Assembly: GCA_965644265.1 (NCBI GenBank)
Contig: OZ286461.1
Coordinates: 76,012,001-76,076,000 of the forward strand
DNA length: 64,000 bases
Source of the DNA: Glycera tridactyla
Lineage: Eukaryota
Reading direction: 5' to 3'
Shown piece by piece: positions 59,846-64,000 of the stretch. How positions within the stretch are numbered: the first letter of the stretch is position 1; each line of letters begins with the position of its first letter. Made by a program: the position numbers and the translations under genes. Under the pieces are notes generated by a model, which made no database searches, had not been told where the DNA came from, and saw only the letters and a list, made by a program, of their open reading frames with translations.

Positions 59846-61728
59846 TATCATTATTATCATCATGGTATCTGGGTAGCCATGGCCACGGATAATGACCGTG
59901 GTCCCAATCTCCACACTAGAGCAACCTCCAATAGTGGGTGTGAAAAGCTATGACATCGTTACATTCCGGAATATATGACAAACATACGTCAAAATATTTG
60001 CCATTTTGTGAAGATATCGTTTCAGATTCAAAGTGTATTCGAATATTGGAGAGGTGGTGATAGAATGGAAACCATCTACAACTTCACACTCAGCTAATCA
60101 AAATAGAACAAACATTCACCTACTGAAAGGAGGATAAACACACTTCAACAAATTATTGACATAGTAACTTTCAGTATTATACACTAGTCAATATTACAGA
60201 AGAATTGGAAATTGCAATGCCTTGATCGTGATCATGTTCGCAGTGATATGTTAGGCGAGAATCTCAGAATCCAGCATCAACCTCTATCAGGAACTGAGAA
60301 GCCTATCCGAAGGCGATGAAAGTCTTTGTTGAGCAAGATGGTTCAATTATTACGTACCTGATTGGCCCGTAAAAGGTGACGTATGAGGGTGATGAGGTGG
60401 GACACTCGTGATTTTGCATTGGACAGGCGGGTTCAAGGGCTCTTTCCCATTATTCAGCGCCCTGAATTGGGATGAATTATGACCAGCCAGACGTGAGATA
60501 GACCGAATCTCTTCACATACCAACCCACGACCATAAGTCTCAGCTGATCTGATACATTGCCCGATAGGTCAGGAAACTGATAGCTCTTGGCGGTTGTCTG
60601 ACCAGTCAAGAATGTATAGTCGGTCTGCTTGTAAACATAAACTTAACGCTGTTGTCATATCGACTCTATTTTTTCTTTCGAGTGTTATCTACTGCTATGC
60701 TGGGAGATAGCACAATCTTTCACGAGTGGCCATCAAAATACCAATACCAGTGCACAATCAAATACTAAATCACGGTCAGTCAACGATGTGTAACATCATA
60801 CAGATGAGTTTTGAACACTCCATTCTTGGGCTTGTATGTGCATATATGCCGAGGAGGAGTATCAGTGTAGCCACTTATTATAGTGCCACCGCTTACCTAG
60901 AACTATTGTTTCCATATCCCAGATAGGTGCTCACATGTCTGTTTCCCTGTTTTGAGCTCAACACGAGGGGGGCCCAGACCACGCGTCTAGTCTGTGACAA
61001 CTAGCGTAGTGTATGGCTCAGTAATATGGTAAGCATCCTCACACTTAATTTGTGGTCACCCATCCCACGACTATAGCTGCAGCAGCAGTAGCCCTTCTAC
61101 ATTTGGGTCACTTGGCATCCCTCAGATACATCCATGGTCCAAATGAATCGGCCAGTGACTTGTCATTGGCAGTAATGCTTTGACTTTGTGGTCATTTTGG
61201 ATCCTACATGCCTAGTTTGCAGCTAGCAATCGCTAACGTTTTGTGACGGAAAACAGGGCCCCCATTATTTTGACACACTTAAGATAGAGAACATTTGGTA
61301 GGGGAAGTTTTCACGAGAGCTCATCACTTCTCGAGGATGTCGTGATTGGTTTTGAGAAAGAAATACAGTGCGACGACTACTCTCTACGAAGCGGGTCATC
61401 AGAGGCAGGACGGGTGTTTATTTCAAAATCAAAAGAATAGGTGACAAGTCTTATCTAGTGAGATGTTAAGAATGTTGGTATTCTAAGGATTGTTTTTCAG
61501 GATGCGATATGGATCGCGTTATCGTAAATAGGAATATACCTGCTCAATGACTCAGAGAACCATGCAGTGTCTGGTGTCACAATGCAAGCGTAAGTTGAGC
61601 CATATGTACATTTGTCTGTATGATTGTCTGTGCTCGGCATCGTGTTTTTGCGACCGCACGAGACATTATTGGAGTTCAAAGAATCCTAAATACGGATGAA
61701 AATAAACAGCTTTCTGACAGACGTAGTA

Positions 61729-61906
61729 CAGTCAAACTTGTCCTAGGCATCAAGCCTCGGGACATGACAAATGTGTGTGCTTGGAGCAGGTTCATGCTTA
61801 GTACAGGTCAATTATAGTGAAAAATACTCTGATGGGATGAACAAAAAACTGTTGCTTAGGGCAGGTTCTTACTTAGTACAAGTCTTGCTTAGGACAAGTT
61901 TGGCTG
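61729..61906. mobile_element. TA-flanked MITE
   Basis: ta|CAGTCAAACTTGTCCTAG ... TTAGGACAAGTTTGGCTG|ta. Confidence 0.8.
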
Positions 61907-62016
61907 TATTTCATTAATTTTTGGGGGGACTGAGAAGGAGGAGTCTTGAATGATCCTACCCATCATTACATGAGCATCTCGATATAGTCCAGACAACCAC
62001 AGAGAGAATAAGTTCC

Positions 62017-62017
<1 letters not shown>

Positions 62018-62066
<49 letters not shown>
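62018..62066. repeat. (TA)n microsatellite
   Basis: Direct read. Confidence 0.95.
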
Positions 62067-62071
<5 letters not shown>

Positions 62072-62723
62072 CATCATATCTACATAATTTTATACCTCAG
62101 TTGTGTGGTACACTACTTCTCTGCTCGTGATTTGACAACATTAGTGGAGGAATTCTTGGAAAAACACAGTTGTCTGCGACAGCTATCGGATATTCGGAAG
62201 AAGATTATCAAGACATGGTTTTTGTTGAGAATGACTTGAAATGTAAGGCAACCATTTCTATATACTCGTACAGTGGAACCTGTATCAATCAACCACTATA
62301 TTCAGCAACCATCTGTCTTGAGCAGCCACTTCAAAATCCCGCCTGAGTATCTTTCACTAAAATCAACCTGTATTAAACAATCACCTGTCTTAAGCAACCA
62401 TTTCCCACGGGTGGTTGATGAATACAGGCTTTATAGTATATCCATCTCTGATATTTCATTCCCATCTACGATATCCCTATTATAATACCGAATACATTAT
62501 AGGGAATATCTATGGGTGTTAACTAGGTTTATGCGTGTAAGCTTGTGCATATGGAGTTCATCATTAAATTGCGACATGTACAATATTAAAACGTTGACCC
62601 GGATTTGCTCCCACTTATAAAGAGCTATCGCCATGCCGGACTTCCCCAAAATTAGCACGTCAGTGTAGAATTAGAATGATGTCTGTAATCTGTGTATGAC
62701 TGTAAGTGTATATATATGCGTAT

Positions 62724-62768
<45 letters not shown>

Positions 62769-64000
62769 TGAGTGTGTGTTTGAAGGGGCGTGTCAAAAGT
62801 GTTGTGCAGGGCAAACGGGATAGAACAAGGGAGAGAGAGGGGGAGAGACAGACAGACAGATAGACAGAGACGGGGGGGGGGAAGATTACGACAGAGAAAG
62901 AAAAAAAATGACATATAGTCCCCTGGCGATGGAGATTCAGCCAGCCAACAATCAGCTGTGTGTGTGTGGGGGGGGGGGGGGGGTCTGTGAATATCTGTGG
63001 GTGGGTGGTACAGCTTACGAAATAAATTCTCAAACCTGTACCGTTCGGTTGGAATGTACTCCACACAGAAATGGCTCTGAAACGGGAGGCACGTGATCCT
63101 TGTTGACGTTGATGCTTTTTCGTCTTCCTTTACGAATTCGGTTCATAACTCATTAGGGCTTAAAACATTCCTTGACTCTACTTTGTCGTGCCCCAGGTCT
63201 CGTCTGTGACCCTATTCGCCATATCAGTGAGTTAGACGTCTGACATAATGAGGTCTGGCATAATTACTGGCTTGTTTACAATTTACATTTCGACTTCACC
63301 AGACAGCAGATTTGATTCACTGAGATTCGGGGTCATTCAAAATATATACACTATCTACCACTTAATAATATTCGTACATACATGAGGAGGGGTTCCTCTC
63401 AAACTAGGATTGAAAGTCAAGCTTAAGGTGAAAAGTGATGTAAAAGTCGAACGTTGTCAAAATGAAGCGGCTGAGGTTAGTCTCTGGGGATGATTGGACT
63501 CCCATCCATAAATCGCGTTGAAACAAACCGAAAGATCACGACCGAAACAGGTTGGGTAGACATAATACATGATTTTTGGGTCGATAAGATGTTATAGATT
63601 ATAACGTAAGGGTACTCGACCGTGACCTTCCACATATTTCCATGGCAGTGCGTGCGTTTCAAAACTGCGAGAAGATGGATTGTGTTATGGCCACCTCTGT
63701 GCAGAGGCCACTTGCTCACGAAGACCACCCTTAGCACTAGTTGCAATGGTATTTTATACATCATCCCTCAACCCTCGTGCACTGACCGCCGCCATGGGTA
63801 GACTTTTCAGTTGGCCCATTCAATGTGCATACACGGGATGATTCGATTGAGATAAGTCCTCTGTAAAATGTCATCATCAAGCAGTATTTTCATTCCACAT
63901 AGATTGCTACAGCAACTATCTCGAATATGGACTTGATTGGAAAATTCCAAGATGGTATTGAGCGCATGAGCACCTTACAATGTGGACGTTAATACTCCAC

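Larger units (their letters stand above)
59197..61261. mobile_element. Region bounded by ~45-bp inverted repeats (GGGCCCTGTTTCCGT..AAACGTTAGCGATT..AGCTGCAAC; Harbinger-like MITE ends)
   Basis: Left end at 59197-59243, right end at 61216-61261, and a third solo end at about 58764-58808; no TSD seen; spans an N gap. Confidence 0.45.

Noticed and set aside
63477-63952. ORF 63477-63764 (-) and candidate + strand mini-exons near 63650-63750 and 63903-63953
   Set aside because: No recognisable domain, several frames are equally open, and the window ends before a gene model can be tested.

Overview
Intron-rich, repeat-rich animal genomic DNA (invertebrate-like) with two assembly gaps (N at 19415-20143 and 59432-59560). 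There are no prokaryotic features and no CRISPR array. I rebuilt two host genes by hand from GT-AG sites with consistent codon phase. (1) A strongly divergent STAT-family transcription factor on the + strand: 12 exons at 936-17332, with the 5' end outside the window. It has a coiled-coil end, DNA-binding domain, linker, SH2, a DGY phospho-Tyr site and an acidic tail. (2) A complete 8-exon NFU1 Fe-S scaffold gene on the - strand at 30037-41613 (281 aa, CTSC motif). The rest is transposon-derived: a decayed, spliced PIF/Harbinger transposase facing a convergent multi-exon partner ORF, a second Harbinger 5' remnant, two CR1-type LINEs (one permuted), an RTE-X/CR1-like LINE 3' part, many TA-flanked CAGT-ended MITEs, a Helentron-like element, a tRNA-Gly-derived SINE head and simple repeats. 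The best leads are the STAT with a substituted phospho-Tyr pocket and DNA-contact face, and a family of at least 7 CA(G/T)(A/T)GATG-ended TIR elements that make 6-bp target-site duplications and nest inside one another.
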